Positions 27,723-40,799 of a stretch of DNA of 64,000 nt are shown one piece after another. This DNA is from Marsupella aquatica. Its lineage: Eukaryota; Plantae; Marchantiophyta. The notes under the pieces are model-generated. The model saw only the letters and a list, made by a program, of their open reading frames with translations, made no database searches and was not told the DNA's origin. Positions within the stretch are counted from its first letter, which is position 1, and every line of letters begins with the position of its first letter. Location of the stretch: contig OZ316896.1 in NCBI GenBank assembly GCA_973895155.1, forward strand, positions 3,882,738 through 3,946,737, written 5' to 3'. The position numbers and the translations under genes are program-made.

Positions 27723-27966
27723 TTTCGATACCTGCGCTTGCCCTCTGGCTGGCTGCAACAGTCTACCATTCTGCCCCCACAAAACTCGGAGCAACGCCAT
27801 AGCTGTCGATCCCCCGAGTCAGCACAGAGCACACCTTGATAGACCCCGTGTACCGTTACACACACTGGCTTTACCATTACAGCTGCTCATTGACACCCCC
27901 TAAATTCCACGGTACAGGTGTACGAAGGGGAAGGATAGCGTCCCGAGGTTATGCGCCCGCTATCGC

Positions 27967-27973
27967 TATTTAA
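27967..27973 (+). promoter_or_regulatory. Putative TATA box of PHT1
   Basis: TATTTAA followed downstream by a CT-rich 5'UTR-like tract. Confidence 0.5.
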
Positions 27974-28150
27974 GCTCGTAGAACAGCAACTCAATCGCCC
28001 TTCCTCGAGAGAGATCCTCAGGAGTGCTGAGTGAGCTGGAGTCCGAACGTGAAGCTCGAGAGCTCTCGCCCTCTCTCTCTTCTGTTCCCGTCTCTCCTGT
28101 GCCTAGACAGTCGTACGTAGAAACGTAGACTGATCCATTTGACTATTTAA

Positions 28151-28158
28151 GAATATTC
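28151..28158. promoter_or_regulatory. P1BS in predicted 5'UTR exon
   Basis: GAATATTC. Confidence 0.6.
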
Positions 28159-28181
28159 AAAGCGAGACATCGATCCAGCAG

Positions 28182-28507
28182 GTGAGTTCGCTGCTGCTGA
28201 GATTTGGGTTTGAAGGTTTCTGTTGTGGAGATCGACGAATTTTAAAAGGTTTTGCGCTGCGGAGCTGTAGGTACGGGAAATCGTGGGCTATCAATCACGA
28301 ATATACCGCTTGACCGAATTTGAGGACCAGGATCAAGAGCTGGTCTTCTTCGGTTGTTGTATCTGGTGGAGAGTGACGCCAGTGTGACTCAGCGTCGAAC
28401 CAGCCCGCCCACGAGCTTTAAAGCTAGAGCTCAATAGGCCGTATTGGACTGGATCTCAGTTACATTGAAGTGGAATCCGTTCTTCGGAACCTCTTTTTTG
28501 AATTCAG
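28182..28507 (+). other. Predicted 5'UTR intron of PHT1, containing P1BS GAATATAC at 28299-28306
   Basis: Donor CAG|GTGAGT; acceptor CTCTTTTTTGAATTCAG. Confidence 0.65.
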
Positions 28508-28589
28508 TAGAGATTCAAAGTTCTTTGGGCGAGGCCACAGAGAGTGCTCCGAAGGTTAGAGTTTGAGCAAATTCTGAGAGGTCACAAAG

Positions 28590-30296
28590 ATGTCGCTCAC
28601 GGGGGGGAATCCGGTGCTTAAGGCACTGGATAAGGCGAAGACGCAGACGTATCATTTCAAGGCGATTGTGATCGCCGGTATGGGCTTTTTCACCGACGCT
28701 TACGATCTGTTCGTGATTTCCATCCTCACCAAGCTTCTCGGTCGTCTCTACTATTTCGACCCTTCCACTCCCGAGGTAGTAGGGGCTCTTCCCGTCAACG
28801 TCAATGCCGCAGTGGTTGGTGTGGCGCTGTGCGGGACTCTTGCCGGTCAGCTCTTCTTCGGGTGGGCTGGCGATAGATATGGACGGAAGAAGATGTATGG
28901 AATTACATTGGCGCTCATGGTGGTCGCTTCCCTCGGTCAAGGTCTGTCGATGGGGAGCTCCGCCACTGGCGTGCTAGCCACCCTCTGCTTCTTCCGATTC
29001 TGGCTCGGTTTCGGCATAGGCGGAGACTATCCTTTGTCAGCCACAATTATGAGTGAGTACTCCAACACGAAGACTCGAGGTGCCTTCGTTGCTTCTGTGT
29101 TCGCCATGCAGGGAGTTGGAATTCTCACAGGAGCTGCGGTGTCTATCATATTCGCTTCCATCTTCAAGTCCGCCTTCCCCAGTCCACCGTGGAATGCCCC
29201 TGGCCCCGTTTTGACAGCCACGGGAGGTCATATCCTGGGGAATGCCTCCACTGTACGGCAGGCCGACTGGGTGTGGAGGCTGACGCTCATGTTTGGATCT
29301 GTTCCGGCTGCCCTGACCTACTACTCGCGATCGAAAATGCCAGAAACAGCTCGCTACACCGCCTTGATCGAGAAGGACCAGCAGCGAGCTGCCAAGGATA
29401 TGGGGAGGGTTCTCCATACCCAATTCGACACTAATCCTGAGGTTGCGGAGGCCGTGACAGCAACCAAAGTCAAGGACTACAAATTGTTCAGCAGGAAGTT
29501 CGCTCGACGCCACGGGTGGGAGTTAGTCGGAACTTGTATGACATGGTTTCTGCTGGACATCTCCTTCTACAGCCAGAACTTGTTTCAGTCAAATCTGTTC
29601 ACTGCTGTGGGATGGCTTCCAGGTGCGACGTCCATGAGCGCTCTGCAGGAAGTCTACAGAATTGCCCGTGCTCAAGCTTTGATTGCTCTCCTTTCAACTG
29701 TTCCTGGGTATTGGTTCACCGTGGCCTTCGTTGACTGTATCGGACGGAAACCCATTCAGCTGATGGGGTTCGCCATGATGAGTATCTTCATGTACATCCT
29801 GGCATTCGACTTCTACAATCTGAGAGGAGGCACCATCAAGGGAGACAGTACCCATTTTACGCACGGAAATCATCTCGCTTTCATCTTCCTCTATGCTTTC
29901 ACGTTCTTCTTCGCCAATTTCGGACCCAATGCCACCACCTTCATCGTGCCCGCCGAACTCTTCCCCGCCAGATTGCGCTCAACTTGCCACGGAATTTCAT
30001 CTGCTGCAGGAAAGGCAGGCGCCATTGTGGGTTCTTTCGGTTTCCTTTATGCAAGCCAGGACTCGCACCAAGCTGCCGTGATGAAAGGTTACACGAAGGG
30101 TATTGGATACAAGTATTCTCTACTGCTTCTGGCCATCTGCTCCACTGCGGGATTTTTCTTCACCTTTTTAATTCCGGAGACGAAGGGACGGTCATTGGAA
30201 GACCTGTCAGGCGAGGACGAGGATCAGCGCGACGCAGACGATGCTGCAGCTGGCAAAATAGCGGATTCCAGCAAAGTCGATGGTCCTTACGTTTAG
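28590..30296 (+). CDS. PHT1: PHT1-family inorganic phosphate:H+ symporter (MFS), intronless CDS, 568 aa
   Basis: [30 protein letters not shown], the signature [44 protein letters not shown] and PETKGRSLE. Confidence 0.98.
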   Translation: MSLTGGNPVLKALDKAKTQTYHFKAIVIAGMGFFTDAYDLFVISILTKLLGRLYYFDPSTPEVVGALPVNVNAAVVGVALCGTLAGQLFFGWAGDRYGRKKMYGITLALMVVASLGQGLSMGSSATGVLATLCFFRFWLGFGIGGDYPLSATIMSEYSNTKTRGAFVASVFAMQGVGILTGAAVSIIFASIFKSAFPSPPWNAPGPVLTATGGHILGNASTVRQADWVWRLTLMFGSVPAALTYYSRSKMPETARYTALIEKDQQRAAKDMGRVLHTQFDTNPEVAEAVTATKVKDYKLFSRKFARRHGWELVGTCMTWFLLDISFYSQNLFQSNLFTAVGWLPGATSMSALQEVYRIARAQALIALLSTVPGYWFTVAFVDCIGRKPIQLMGFAMMSIFMYILAFDFYNLRGGTIKGDSTHFTHGNHLAFIFLYAFTFFFANFGPNATTFIVPAELFPARLRSTCHGISSAAGKAGAIVGSFGFLYASQDSHQAAVMKGYTKGIGYKYSLLLLAICSTAGFFFTFLIPETKGRSLEDLSGEDEDQRDADDAAAGKIADSSKVDGPYV

Positions 30297-33200
30297 ACAA
30301 TCATCATTCTCCACGATGAATTCATATCTTCGTTCTGTCAACGACTCAGATTCAACAGGTTCTATCGAGAAATAGCTTGACTTGAGACGCCTTGATCATA
30401 TTCACAGCCACAATGATTATGGCACGTGTTCGTTAGCCATCTGTGATCTCAGACAACCATGTACGTCGTACGTTGTGCACGAGTCTTCTCAGACAGTCAC
30501 CTAAGAAGCTCCTCAATACTCTTGTCCAGTGGACCTTTGATTTGATGAGTTTCTGTTGATAAATTTTGAATCCTCTTATTAATGTCAGTACTCACAGTTT
30601 TGAACGAGGGTTCTTCCGCCTACAATAATACCTTCCACATATTTTGGATTTTGTGCGAGTTGGCAGCTGAGTGCTGGAGTACGGACTGTAGATGACTACA
30701 GGCACAGGAGCACTGAACAGAGTAGAATGGTTTCAAGTATGTTCGGAGCACTGTGAAAAGCAAGCAGCTAGCCCAGGGCGAGTAACATCATTTGGTTACA
30801 GACATTCAAAGAAAATTGGTCTATTACACGAGGAGCAAGAAATCACCAGAGCGGTGATGCCAATGACTTGGCTCCTGTTTTTAGGAATGATTGTGGTGTT
30901 TAAGGTGGGTAAAAATTAATTCAAAAGTTTTCACCTTGTCTCAAACCATATTTAACTGTTTTTGCTCGACTGTTTGGATGCTACGGCCTTTGAATTGCAA
31001 CATGATGCCCAAAACGTAATTGAACAAGTATCGTTTGGCCATGAAGTGTTGTCAACAGGGGGCATTGGTTCTGGATTTTATTCGACACAATTGCAGGCAC
31101 CAGTGAACAATTGAGTGCCAGAGTGTCTACTTGTTTTTCAGAACTGTACCGAAGGAGCTTGTGTGCCAATTATCTTGTAGAATCAATCTCATGCACCCCG
31201 TTCTGACGGAACTGTTTACAATCTGGCGCGTATTGAAGAGCTTAGCAGAGTTTTGTTTTTGGCCTTAGAAAATTATTCACGGATAGACACGCACCCAGAA
31301 GTAATAAATATTGTCGGTTGAAATTTGCAGTTTTGCTCACAGCAATAGGTTTCGAAACTATTGAGATTTGAAGACGTACCCGGGAACTTCGGTACGAAGA
31401 GGAGACGGAACGACTGGAATAAATGCTTGCACAACAGCATAAACTACGCTAATCCGTGGCTTGCGGATGGGAGATCGAGCAACTACTGTACATTCGTATG
31501 TACCGCAACATTCTTCGAGATTTGCAGTGGTTCTATTCCCATCGATTGGATGGTTTGCAGTCGGAATTGGTCACTGTCCTCTACGCAAGCTCCCACTCTG
31601 CTGCAAAAGCTAATGATCAGATGTTTGATCATTTGCAAAGTGATGAAAGTCCATCTGATCTCCTATATTAGTGGCTCGCCAGAGAAGTAGGATTTTCAGC
31701 CTGTACTTCCTTAGAGTGACGTTTCCGTGTTGACTGTTCCAAATATGAGGCGCTACTATAAATAATCTCCCAAATATCAGGAATGATCGTTCTTCACCGT
31801 ACAAATGAATAGGCTGTTGACACAGTGAATGGCCAGATACCGAAACGAAGTGTGTATATCTCTGGGAATAGATTACTACCGACGAAATAAAAGTAGGCTA
31901 ACAGTGAAAATCACCTGAAGTACTACAAGACCACATGATTTCCGTTTACTGTCGATTGCCCAAGTTATGAAGGTTGGGAAAAGCTAGTCTAGCTGTCACT
32001 TAACAATCACTGCATGGTTTTGCAGTCACCTACAGTACCTCCGAAATTATATGTGAGATGAGGAACAAGTCAAGATACTCAGTGAAAGCAAGATGTAAAA
32101 TCAGGATCATGTCGATCATATGTATAAAACTAGAAACTAAGGAGGAGCCTCCGGTCTGACACCAAAGAGGCCAATCAATAAATAGCTCTTAAACCCACGA
32201 GACTTATTGGAGGATTTGTCTCAGAAAGAAGGTGGACGAAACATCCAACAGAAGCAATAGACATATCCTGAGAGCTGGATTCATGCACTCCCCGTCCGAG
32301 TACCTCTACAAGCAGCATTCAGCATTTAAAAGCAGACTTGTAGTAGATTTTTTAGACTTTCTTTTTTAGAGAGAAATCTAGACTGTGGGAAGATGCTGGT
32401 AGCGAGATAATATTATCCATCGCTAAAATACCTATCCAGAAAATTTGAAATGTACATGTTCAAATTGGGATGGTAGAACTAACAAGTGGTTCTAAGCGAT
32501 CATTCTAAGCGAAGTGGTGTGTCAGAGTAAGGCTCACTTCTACAGTCTCGAGTCCCATAAATCCCTTTCATCTGGACTGTCAAGCTCTTTGTTAGGGTGA
32601 TCGAAGACCGCAGTAGAGCAGCTACTGCCTCCTAGGCAGTCGTTGTCATTGTGAAACTTTACAACATTCTTTGGTTCATCACAGAAGTCGACTTCAGCGA
32701 GCAAAACTTCGGTCTTATATGAGTCAGATTGGCCAATGGATGGTGAGAGAAGATGACTTGTACCTCTCACTGGACTGCTATTGAACATGCCACTTTCAAC
32801 AGAAGACTCGAGATTTGAAAAGTCTTTGAAGGAGAGAAATCCAATCAGGCTGCTTCGTGCTTGAGTAAGAGATGTAGTACCAGCAATGCCGGAATGGACA
32901 ACAGATAAGGGCTCATTTTTTTGCCATGGAAAGACAAATCCAACACATGGCGAGTGAATCCTGACATTTCTAGTACAAGCTAAGAGTGACAACGTTCGAA
33001 TACATCAAAGTTTAAAGGGGTTCTATGGGGCTGGACTGTCTCCTGGACCCCTGGAGTTAACTCCCAGACTGAAATGCAGCTACTTACAAACGTGCATTAC
33101 AAGAAAGTTTCTTGGGCATATATAAACAAAGGGTTATAATTGTCACTTTAAGTTCTCCAATGCCTGTTTTTGAATGATCCCAGAGACTACAGCAAGTTAA

Positions 33201-34085
33201 TTTCTGCTAAAGTGTCCTTAGACGAGTTCATGGAGGTCAAAAACCTACGAACAGAATAGTTCCGACGAAACCATTTACACGTTACGAGAAAAATTAGAAC
33301 CATCGAACACACCCGCAAATAAATTCAGATTACAACCTGATTCTGTAACCTTTGATAGTAAAAGGCTGACTGTCTGACTATCTCCGCCGAAAGAAGCCAG
33401 GGATAAAACTCCGTCGAACTTCTATCGAAGGCCATTCCGAGTTCTCAACTCATTCCGATTGCGAGTCTTGTTACAACTCGGAGAACTGCGAGGTTCTTAT
33501 TGAGGGAACTGAAACCACAACTCTACCAGAGCATATGCATTACAAATAACATGTACGAAAGCTACAAATACCATGTACGAAAGCCCGTTGACAGTTTTTC
33601 ACCAAGAAGTAGCAATGAAAGGTTTTGCCAATAAACTAAGATAGAACCGTACGTAGGAGACTACAGGCAGCATGAAACTGCCTGAGTGTAAGAGGCATGC
33701 TCAAATTAGCCCATGCTCAAATAAGCCATGTTAGTGCCCAGCACAACTTCCTAGGACGGCTAAACTTTACTAGCAGGTCCACGAAGCTCAACTGGACAGC
33801 TCGATGAAAGGCACACATTCAATCTGACATGGAAAAAAATTTCTGCAATACATATCCCCAATCCCGACGAAATGGGTGCCAACTCAATTTCTTCACTAGT
33901 CCCTTGTCCACAGTGAGCTCTAGTCGTCCATGCCCCTAGAAATCGGACTACAAATCCTGCACATGCAATTCCAGCAGCCGTACGAGAATAGATATATGGA
34001 ACGTTGGTACCCATCCATCTAGAAATCGTACATTATATAGATTGCCCTAGCCACTTCAATTACCGTTAGACTATGATTGAGGATA

Positions 34086-36280
34086 TGAGGGAGCTATGTA
34101 ACAGATAGGCTACGCTTCTACCATAGTGTCCCTGATGACATTAAATCATTCTAATTTGACTCGAGCAGCCAAGAAATTGAATCATTCTACTTTGACTTGA
34201 CCACGCCAAGGGACTGCTCCTCCATATACGATTTTTCATTATATCTCAAGCAAACGTACAGCATTCCTCACTCTTTGATTGAAATCTGTGACATGCCTGA
34301 CTGTGCAAATCAGTCACTGTATGGGGAGCCAGATACATATGACACCAGTAGGCTCCATTCTTGGCTCCACTCGGGTGTCACAGGCGAATTCCTCGGGTTC
34401 ACGTAGGAGCCAACATTTGGCTGCATCAAATCTTGTTAAGAGTCTAACCATCCATCATAACCAAACACTCCATCCTTGCACTTCAGGTGATCAGCAACCG
34501 AAACTATCACAGAACTGTTAGTTGATCATGCTCGAGGATTATCAAGACAAACTGCACTAGGGGCCAGACCACCAACGCTACCGACTTTGTCAAACTTTAC
34601 CTCAGAATGTTTTCCAAGTGATAAGTGAGGTCTTGATGTACAATATGTGATGATCTTAGTGCTCATCAGAAATTGAGCAAATGATTTTTAACAAGTCTCA
34701 AACTTTGTCAGGTAATAGATTGGACTCCCGATTGGACTCCAGTTCAGAACATGCTTATAAAAATAACATCCTGATAAAATTTGAGATGAAGGACAGGTAT
34801 TGGACTCCGGGGATTATCCCTTATTATAGAAGTAAGTTCACTTTGGAGGTTTGTTACTCTGGAGAATTTGTCATCTTGGCTTATATTGTTGTTATGTTGA
34901 GGAGAGATGGGGCACATAAGTATGGAGGCAAGACAGGCCATGGTGGTAGGGGCACTATATGGAAACCCCATCACCTACAATGTTTCCAAGGCTCAAACAC
35001 CATAAAACTTAAGATTTTTTTTTGTTTTGTTTTGAATTAATAGTACCTCTATTACCTTAATTGGAAATATTCTGGAGATACTCCAACCCAATCTTTTCCT
35101 GTAAGTCTTTCGTATGTACGAATATGTACTTTAAGATTAATATGGCTTTTAAATACAATCTTGAGACTTATAGCTAGGAAAAATAGGAATTTAAAAGAGT
35201 GACATATTCTATGGTAAGATACTATCTAGGGTAAGGTTATTTGAGACTCTTGGATTGACTCATATGGGTACCCAAGATTGCTTTTACAATAAAATACAAG
35301 GTATAGTACGTGAGCTAAATAGTATAGCCAGTGCATAAAGTGCTTTTAGGCATCGAGCATTAAAGCATGTCATTAACGCATACCATTTAGACCCCACAAC
35401 TGGGCAGAGGTTTGTAAACAATCATACTTTTTCCTCAACGCCCCATCATGTTCCATTCAAAAAATTTGTTTGGCAGATCGTTTCTACCTGGCTCGTTTCT
35501 GCAAAGCTTGCTGATTTACAGTCTCCGTTTACAACTGATGCAAATCCATGGTGTAAATGATGCTAGTATATCTCCCAAAATAGCGACGTTCAACCAAGAA
35601 GAAAACAAACAAAAAAAGACTTACCTAAGATCATTCTTTACATCTTTACATTCAATCTTTCATTGGCTCTTACACTAGGGTGTGTGGAATCTTGTTGGCA
35701 AAGAAAGTATGCATGGATACAGGAGCGTGCTTCCAAATTTGACCGTTTGAAACACTTACTAAAAAGGGCCAAACAAGGACAATAGAGTGTACTGAAAGCA
35801 AAAAAGGGTCTAGCGAGGACAAATTTCAACCTCATAAGAAGAGGGGAGATGATGTTAACCAAAAAACCTAGAAAAGGAAAAAATAAATTAAGATCAAGCA
35901 CAAAAATGGTACCATAAGCTAGTGGTCCACTCTAGTGTAATAGTGCCATGAACTAAAGGTCAACAGCTACAATAGTGTACTAACTAAGTAGTCAATTGTG
36001 ACATGGATGTCCTCTACTCTAGATTTGTCCCTGATTCACTTTCAACTCTCGCCAAGACCTAGAAATAAAATATTGTTCCATGACATTCAAAGGAAAAACC
36101 ATCATTGGACCATAACCCCATGGAGCAAGTTGACAATCAGGCTTACAAGACTTCTTGGGCACTTGTGACTTGTTTTGCATAAGCAAGCTGGAAGGCAGCT
36201 TCTTGCTCTGACGATGGACTCCAGTCCAAAATTGTCTCCATTATAAATTCATTAAATCCAAATCCCTTGAATAGAGAAGA
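34086..36280 (+). repeat. Left arm (template) of a large segmented inverted duplication
   Basis: 34086-34645 is the reverse complement of ~38587-39145, and ~34830-36280 is the reverse complement of ~39938-41905. Confidence 0.9.
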
Positions 36281-37679
36281 AAGTTGGAAATGTTCAATGA
36301 ATGCAAAATGGCTTGCATGAAGGGGTAAATTTACTTTGGAAATGATTGGACTCGGATTAGTGTATGTCGTGGAGGTGGTCTAAAGTTCTAGTGCATGCAA
36401 AGTAAGCATTTCGCATACATTTACCCTAAGTTCATCTTAAATTTCATGATAAAACAAGTACGCAACATACCATTTACGCAAACACTCACTATTGGTAAAG
36501 ATTTGTAAAGCACTCTACATAACATTTATTTATAGGTCCGCCCTTTGCCATGTAGGATTAGTCATAACATTTACATATAGGCCCCCTATTGGTCTTGTAG
36601 GTTTGGAAGAAACTTACTTCTCTCATTGGGCAAGCTCTGAATTGGATCAATCATTCTTGTATCCATTGTAAGGTAGGTGACAGAGACTGACCAGACTATT
36701 GCCCTGCCAACCGAATGGATTGTCAATCATATACCAATCATAAATAGAACAGGCATTTTCTGAGCGTGTTCTTGAGAGTTTTCTTGTCCAATGAAGACTT
36801 TATAATTTCATGTGACTGTCTGATTACCTAAATATAGTTACTCAGTTACAATGTCATTATGCAAGTCTTGAAAATAATCATTCAAGTATAGTCTAGCACC
36901 TGAATTCAGAATTTCATGCAAGGCCATAAGGCCACAACACAATGTGTATATCATGATTGGGCGGCTAGGTTACAAAACTTTGGGGGCCATTGCTTCTTTT
37001 TCACTCTACAGGCTCACTGTTTCTTGCTACCTGTTCTAAGGTTAAATCTGGACCTTATGACGAGAGAGCATATTGGGGCCATTCAAATCTGGACCACATT
37101 GTGAGACTGAATACTACTGTCATCCTATTATGTTTTCTACCAATTGTATATGGGAAGTAGTGGGCCTCTAAGGGGAAGTGTTATGGAGAGTAGGTGCTTT
37201 ACCAATCCTAAATGGCAAACAATGGGCTTTACAGTAAATACCATGTGTCCAGTGCTTATTTTAATCTAGAATTTTAGATGATCTGGAAAAGTGGATGTTA
37301 TGTGGAGTCCTTTTTCTATGTACAACTTAACTTTAGACCACCTAGAGAAAGTGTAATCCAAGTCCAATATCTCATTTCCATACTTTACTTCTGCATTCAA
37401 GGGATTTGGATTCATTGTCTTTGGTATAAAGAGATTTTTGGATAAGAGTCTATTCTAGAACAAGAAGTCGCCCTCCAAGCCCTCCCAGATTTGAATGGCC
37501 CTAGTTTTGTTTCCTTCTATGGTGTAGATTTAATCTGAGAGTGACTAAAAACAAGGAATGGGCAGCCATAGTATGAACTATGTTATATGGTGTCAATTGA
37601 ATCTCAAAGTGACTAGAAATAAGCAATGGGCCCAACTTTTTGTCTCCTATACACATTGTGTTATGATTATACAAATAAA

Positions 37680-38300
37680 TTATAATCTTCCTTGTTAAAA
37701 ATTATACCAAAATATAAAATTTTCAATTAAAATATAAAATTTCAAAAATATATTTATACAATATTAGTTTGATATATAATTAATATATATAATTATAATA
37801 TATTTAGCTGACTGAAAATAATTATATTATAATATAATTATATAATTAATTATTAATTTAATTATATTTATAATATTATATAATTAAAAATTGAATAAAT
37901 TAAAAATTATTTAATTTATTTATTATTAAAAAACTAATTTAATATATATTATATTATTTATTTTATTATAGATACAAGAATGACTTGTGAAACTAAAATT
38001 TTGTCAAATAATGTAAATAATTTATGTAGATAATATGACTTTTATCATATAATGAAAGTTTTTTTATGTTAATAATATTATTATTTTTATTTAATAATAA
38101 AAAATTTAAATAATGAAAATATTTTATCTAAATGATATATATTTTTATTTAAAAATAATATTTTATAAATACTAAAAATATTTTATCTATATAATATATA
38201 TTTTTAATTAATAATGAATACAAGAATGCTAAAAGATTGCCTAGTCAATAATAATATGAAAATCTTCTATCTAAAAATATAAATCTTCTATCTAAAAAAA
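37680..38300. repeat. Extremely AT-rich low-complexity tract
   Basis: Almost only A/T for ~600 bp, lying between the inverted arms. Confidence 0.9.
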
Positions 38301-39145
38301 CTGACCCCATAAAATGACATACATTGATTTGTACTTAATAATCAAAGTCTACAATCTCGAAAAGCCAGCCCATAAATCACTTACCTTAACTTCAGGCTTC
38401 TTTGCAACATTCGAGACCATTGAAGTCTTCTTTGTGATCTAGAAAAGCCGGCTTCATAAATCACGTACTTTGATTTCAAACTTCTTTGCAAAATTTGAGA
38501 CCTGGCCCCAGTAATTTCTCGAAGGTCAGACAGACGGATCGAGTCATTCGATCCTCATTCGATTTCCCGACGGACGGAACTGAGATACATTGTACATCAA
38601 GACCTCACTCAATAAAAAATTCTGAGGTAAAGTTTGACAAGTGGGTAGCGTTGGGTCTAGCCCCTAGTGCAGTTTGTCTTGATAATCCTCGAGCATGATC
38701 AACTGACAATTTTGTGATAGTTTCGGTTGCTGCTCACGTGAAGTGCTTGAGAGATGGAGTTTTTGGTTATGATGGATGGTGAGACTCTTAACAAGATTTG
38801 ATGCAGCCAAATGATGGCTCCTACGTGAACCTGAGGAATTCGCCTGTGACACCCGAGTGGAGCCAAGAATGGAGCCTAATCGTGTCATATATATCTGGCT
38901 CCCGGCGAGGCTCCCGGTCCATGTGATTGATTTACAGTCACAGATTTCAATCAAAGAGTGAGGAATGCTGTACCTTTGCTCGAGATCAAATGAGAAATCA
39001 TATACGGAGGAGCAGTCCTTGGCGTGGTCAAGTCAAAGTAGAATGATTCAATTTCTTGGAGCCCTGCCTGGTCAAGTCAAACTAGCATGATTTAATGTCA
39101 TCAGGGACACTATGATAGCTGCCAACCTGTTACATAGCTCCCCTC

Positions 39146-39697
39146 AGCTGAATGGGTTTCCGTCCGATACAGTCGACGAAGGCCACGGTGAACCAATACC
39201 CAGGAACAGTTGAAAGCAGAGCAATCAAAGCTAGCACAGGCAATTCTGTAGACTTCCTGCAGAGCGCTCAGACATGGACGTCGCAGCTGGAAGCCATCCC
39301 ACAGCAGTGAACAGATTTGACTGAAACAAGTTCTGGCTGTAGAAGGAGATGTCCAGCAGAAACCATGTCATACAAGTTCCGACCAACTGTCATCCGTGGC
39401 GTCGAGCGAATTTCCTGCTGAACAATTTGTAGTCCTTGACTTTGGTTGCTGTCACGGGCTCCGTAACCTCAGGACTAGTGTCGAATTGGGTGTGGAGAAC
39501 CCTCCCCATATCCTTGGCAGCTCGCTGCTGGTCCTTCTCCATCAAGGCAGTGTGGCGAGCAGTTTCTGGCATTTTCGATCGCGAGTAGTAGGTCAGGGCA
39601 GCCGGAACAGCTCCAAACATGAACATCAGCCTCCACACCCAGTCAGCTTGCCGAACAGTGGAGGCATTCCCCAGGATATGACCTCCCTTGGCTGACA
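39146..39697 (-). pseudogene. PHT1: Inverted internal PHT1 fragment, antisense to the intact gene
   Basis: Reverse complement matches 29212-29763 ([20 protein letters not shown]...KPIQL), with a TGA stop and small indels. Confidence 0.95.
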
Positions 39698-40451
39698 GAC
39701 CCTCCTTTTCACCAGGTTGTGAAGCTTGTGTCAAATTTGGCGAATCATCTGCAAGATTTATGGGATCTATCTAGTTTGTTCTAAGTAAGCAATGATGTCA
39801 AATCACGAAAGAAAGCTTGATGCATCTATCGATCAGTTCCAAGAGAATGTGCTTAATGTACAAGATCCAAAGAAAAGTAAGGACGAGTGGCCCAATTCTA
39901 TCAGTGCATTTGAAGTATTGTGACTAATTTGGAGGGTTCTTCTCCATTCAAGGGATTTGGATTTAATGAATTTATAATGGAGACAATTTTGGACTGGAGT
40001 CCATCGTCAGAGCAAAAAGCTGCCTTCCAGCTTGCTTATGTAAAACAAGTCACAAGTGCCCAAGAAATCTTGTAAGCCTGATTGTCAACTTGCTCCAAGG
40101 GGGTTATGGTCTAATGATGGTTTTTCCTTTGAATGTCATGGAACAATATTTTAATTCTAGGTCTTGGCGAGAGTTGAAAGTGAACCAGGGACAAATCTGG
40201 AGTAGAGTACATCCATGTCACACTTCACTACTTAGTTAGTACACTATTGTAGCTGTTGACCTTTAGTTCATGGCACTATTACACTAGAGTGGACACTAGC
40301 TTATGGTACCATTTTTGTGGTTGATCTTATTTATTTTATCCTTCTAGGTTTTTGGGTTGACATCATCTCCCCTCTTCATTTGAGGTCAAAATTTGTCCTC
40401 GCTAGACCCTCTTTTGCTTTTACTTTATTGTCCTTGTTTGGCCCTATTTAG

Positions 40452-40799
40452 TGTTAGATATTGTTCTTAGTCTTGTTGACTCATGAGCTAGTTACACTTA
40501 GTCTAACTCGGGTTAGAATTTAGCTAATGTTAGCGGTAGTGCTGTTGTGCATATAGCCAAGGCTGATGCCAAACCCTGGTAGAACTTAGGTTCATTGTTA
40601 CGGAGCTAGTTGAGAGATTTAAGGAGAGCTTGTGTTGTGGATGCTTGGTATGGCCTGTCGGCCTAGAGTACAGTAAAGCTCTTGTGTGTTCCCGTAGACG
40701 TAGTCTCATGTGGAGGTGAACCACATATCTCTCTGTGTCGACTATTGTACGTTGAATGGTTAATGGGCTTGTCGTTGCGAATGTCGTCTATGCTCAACA
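40452..40799. mobile_element. Solo LTR, 348 bp
   Basis: Begins TGTT and ends AACA. 5-bp TSD TTTAG at 40447-40451 and 40800-40804. The empty site is present in the paralogous arm at ~35760. Confidence 0.88.

Noticed and set aside
28515-30319. Antisense and alternate-frame ORFs over PHT1
   Set aside because: Shadows of a GC-rich CDS with no independent evidence.
32140-34014. Possible minus-strand gene exons (e.g. 150-aa Ser-rich ORF)
   Set aside because: No recognisable domain and no consistent splice chain; may be a pseudogene but cannot be supported.
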